Of a stretch of 64,000 bases of DNA, positions 62,016 to 64,000 are shown piece by piece. Origin of the DNA: an uncultured Deinococcaceae bacterium (GTDB lineage: Bacteria; Deinococcota; Deinococci; Deinococcales; Deinococcaceae); assembly GCA_964252075.1 (NCBI GenBank), contig CAXULY010000014.1:50683-114682 (forward strand), in the 5' to 3' direction. Below the pieces are notes generated by a model. It was not told the origin of the DNA and did no database searches. It worked only from the letters and a program-made list of their open reading frames with translations. The position numbers were made by a program, and so were the translations under genes. Each line of letters begins with the position of its first letter. Position 1 is the first letter of the stretch.

Positions 62016-62477
62016 ATGCGTCCGCCTGCGGCTTCACGCGCGCTGCGGTCCCGCCTCTGGCGGTGGCTGGCGGTCGCGCTGTGCCTGCTCGCCAGCTACG
62101 CGTACCTGGAACGCGACCCGACCCTCGCCGCTCCGCCCGCCGTGATGGCGCTGGCGCCCGCGCACGCATCCCATGCCGCGCTGGTGGCGGGTGTCGCGGC
62201 CGTGCCGCCCCCCATGGCGGGCATGCCCATGCCGGATGAGGCGCCGCCCCCGAGCGCCCAGCCGGACGTCCACGTGGGCGGCCCGAACGCCCCGCCCGCG
62301 CCGCACGATCACCGCGCCCACTGCCCCTTCTGCTTCACCGCCGCCTTCTCACTGACCGCGCTGGATGTCGCGCTGCCCGCGCTTGAGGCGGTCTGCGCGG
62401 CACGCCCGCTGCCCGCCCCCGTCGGCGCGCTGCGGCGTGCCGTTCGCCACGCGGACGCCCGCGCCCCCCCTGCCTGA
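62016..62477 (+). CDS. DUF2946-like protein with CxxC and C-terminal RAPP (putative arrest leader)
   Basis: N-terminal hydrophobic helix, His/Met-rich linker, HCPFC, ends ARAPPA-stop; TAGGCT 7 nt upstream. Confidence 0.8.
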   Translation: MRPPAASRALRSRLWRWLAVALCLLASYAYLERDPTLAAPPAVMALAPAHASHAALVAGVAAVPPPMAGMPMPDEAPPPSAQPDVHVGGPNAPPAPHDHRAHCPFCFTAAFSLTALDVALPALEAVCAARPLPAPVGALRRAVRHADARAPPA

Positions 62478-62568
62478 GCCTCACGGTCTCCCGGCGTCAT
62501 GCCGGGATGTGCACGCGTCAGCGGTCGCTGGCGCTTCGCCCTGATCTCATGCTCTGGGAGTGTTCCTC

Positions 62569-63294
62569 ATGCGTCACCTGTTGCTCTCGCTCGCCCTATG
62601 CGCTTCCAGCGCCGTGGCGGCCCCCCTCACCGTGCAGTTCAACCTCATGAACGGCGCGCAGCCCTTCGCCTTCGACCAGCCCCTCACCTCCAGCGCCGGG
62701 CAGCCCCTCAAGGTGACGTTCTGGCGCGCGTACCTCAGCCACTTCGCGCTCGTGCAGGCGGACGGCACGGAAGTGCCCGTGCCCGGTGTGGTCCTCGCGG
62801 ACTTCGAGGCGGGCGGCGCCACCCAGAACGTGAAGGTGTTCGCGGGGGACGTGCCGCCCGGCTCGTACCGCGGCCTGCGCTTCGACGTGGGCCTCCCGCG
62901 CGACCTGAACCACCAGGACGCCAGCGGCCAGAGCGCGCCGCTCGGCGTGGACAGCGGCATGTTCTGGGCGTGGAACCCCGGCTACATCTTCTCCCGCTTC
63001 GAAGGCGAGGCGACCGTGAACGGCCAGGTGCGGCCCGTCGCCCTGCACATGGGGGAGGACCAGCGGCGGCTCACCGTGAACCTCGCGGACCTGCAGAAGC
63101 CCGACACCACCCTCACCATGGACGCCGCGGGCGCCACCGTGACGGTGCAGGCGGACCTCGCCCGGATGATGGCGCAGGGCGTGAACGGCGCGCCCTTTGA
63201 CCTGAGTCAGGCGACGTACCAGCAGGTGCACGGCGGGCCCGTCGCGGACCAGCTGTACCTGAACCTGCAGGGCGCGTTCAGCCTGCTGAAGTGA
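62569..63294 (+). CDS. mbnP: MbnP family copper-binding protein
   Basis: Signal peptide; G.Y.GLRF.VG..LNH; MFWAWNPGYIF (WxW motif); directly upstream of a di-heme enzyme. Confidence 0.85.
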   Translation: MRHLLLSLALCASSAVAAPLTVQFNLMNGAQPFAFDQPLTSSAGQPLKVTFWRAYLSHFALVQADGTEVPVPGVVLADFEAGGATQNVKVFAGDVPPGSYRGLRFDVGLPRDLNHQDASGQSAPLGVDSGMFWAWNPGYIFSRFEGEATVNGQVRPVALHMGEDQRRLTVNLADLQKPDTTLTMDAAGATVTVQADLARMMAQGVNGAPFDLSQATYQQVHGGPVADQLYLNLQGAFSLLK

Positions 63295-63296
63295 CG

Positions 63297-64000
63297 ATGC
63301 GCCGCGCCCTTCCCTTCATCCTCGCGCTCGGCGGGGTGGGCGTGGCGGCCACCCTGCTGGCCGCCACGCCCACCCCGCCGGACAACCCGCAGACGCCCGA
63401 GAAGGTCGCGCTGGGCCGCCAGCTGTTCTTCGACCCCATCCTCAGCCGCGACCGCATGGTGTCCTGCGCGTCCTGCCACGACCCCCGGCGGGCCTTCAGC
63501 AGCCCGGACGCCGTCACGCCCGGCGTGGCGGGACGGCGCGGCACACGCAACGCCATCAGCCTCCTGAACGTCGCGTCCCGCAAGGCCCTCACCTGGAACG
63601 GCGCCGCCCGGGGGCTGGAAACCCAGGCAATGATTCCGCTGCTGGACCACAACGAACTGGACATGACCGAAGCGGACCTCCGCGAGCGGCTCAGCGCCGA
63701 CCCCGGGTACGCCGCGCGCTTCCAGGTGGTGTTCGGCGCGGCGCCCACCGTGCGGGCCCTCGCGGCCTTCCAGCGCACGCTGGTGAGTTACGGCAGCGCC
63801 TACGACCACTACCAGGCGGGCGACGCGTCGGCCTTCACACCCGCGCAGGTGCGCGGCCAGGACCTGTTCTTCGGCAAGGCCGAATGCTTCCACTGCCACA
63901 CCGGACGCGACTTCACGGACGGCCAGGCGCACAACAACGCCCTGCAGCTCTTCAACCAGGACGCGGGGGTGGCGGTGCTCACCAGCAAGGACGCGGACGT
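63297..64000 (+). CDS. mbnH: MbnH-like di-heme cytochrome c peroxidase family enzyme (partial, runs off the window)
   Basis: Manual translation: DNPQTPEKVALGRQLFFDPILS..CASCH..CFHCH; absent from the ORF track because it has no stop in the window. Confidence 0.85.
   Translation, partial: MRRALPFILALGGVGVAATLLAATPTPPDNPQTPEKVALGRQLFFDPILSRDRMVSCASCHDPRRAFSSPDAVTPGVAGRRGTRNAISLLNVASRKALTWNGAARGLETQAMIPLLDHNELDMTEADLRERLSADPGYAARFQVVFGAAPTVRALAAFQRTLVSYGSAYDHYQAGDASAFTPAQVRGQDLFFGKAECFHCHTGRDFTDGQAHNNALQLFNQDAGVAVLTSKDAD

Overview
GC-rich window that looks like the replication/partition region and accessory cargo of a Deinococcus-type plasmid or secondary replicon (inferred from the Rep protein type, codon usage and many leaderless genes with a TAnnnT -10 box 5-9 nt before the start). 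Core: type Ib parA plus a small RHH-like partner, preceded by a degenerate 8-bp-period array (candidate centromere), and a convergent repA with about a dozen helically phased 17-bp iterons. Cargo: MFS/TetR pair; several ATPase-containing regulators (SARP/BTAD-AAA and XRE-NB-ARC types; intact, pseudogenised and fragmentary) sitting divergently from exported proteins; an IS5 remnant; a DUF1175/alpha-2-macroglobulin/HExxH operon; a peptide ABC importer with an M14-like peptidase; GGDEF; nucleotidyltransferase; two DeoR divergons; GH16; FAD oxidoreductase; DJ-1/PfpI; and a DUF2946(RAPP)-mbnP-mbnH copper locus cut by the window end. Most notable: a promoter signature with fixed spacing (GTGTCAT-N6-ACCA-N12-TACGGTG) upstream of three genes, plus a variant before a fourth, suggesting a SARP-ATPase regulon for a family of exported proteins; and a probable RAPP ribosome-arrest leader controlling mbnPH. 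All family calls come from motif recognition by eye, not database searches.
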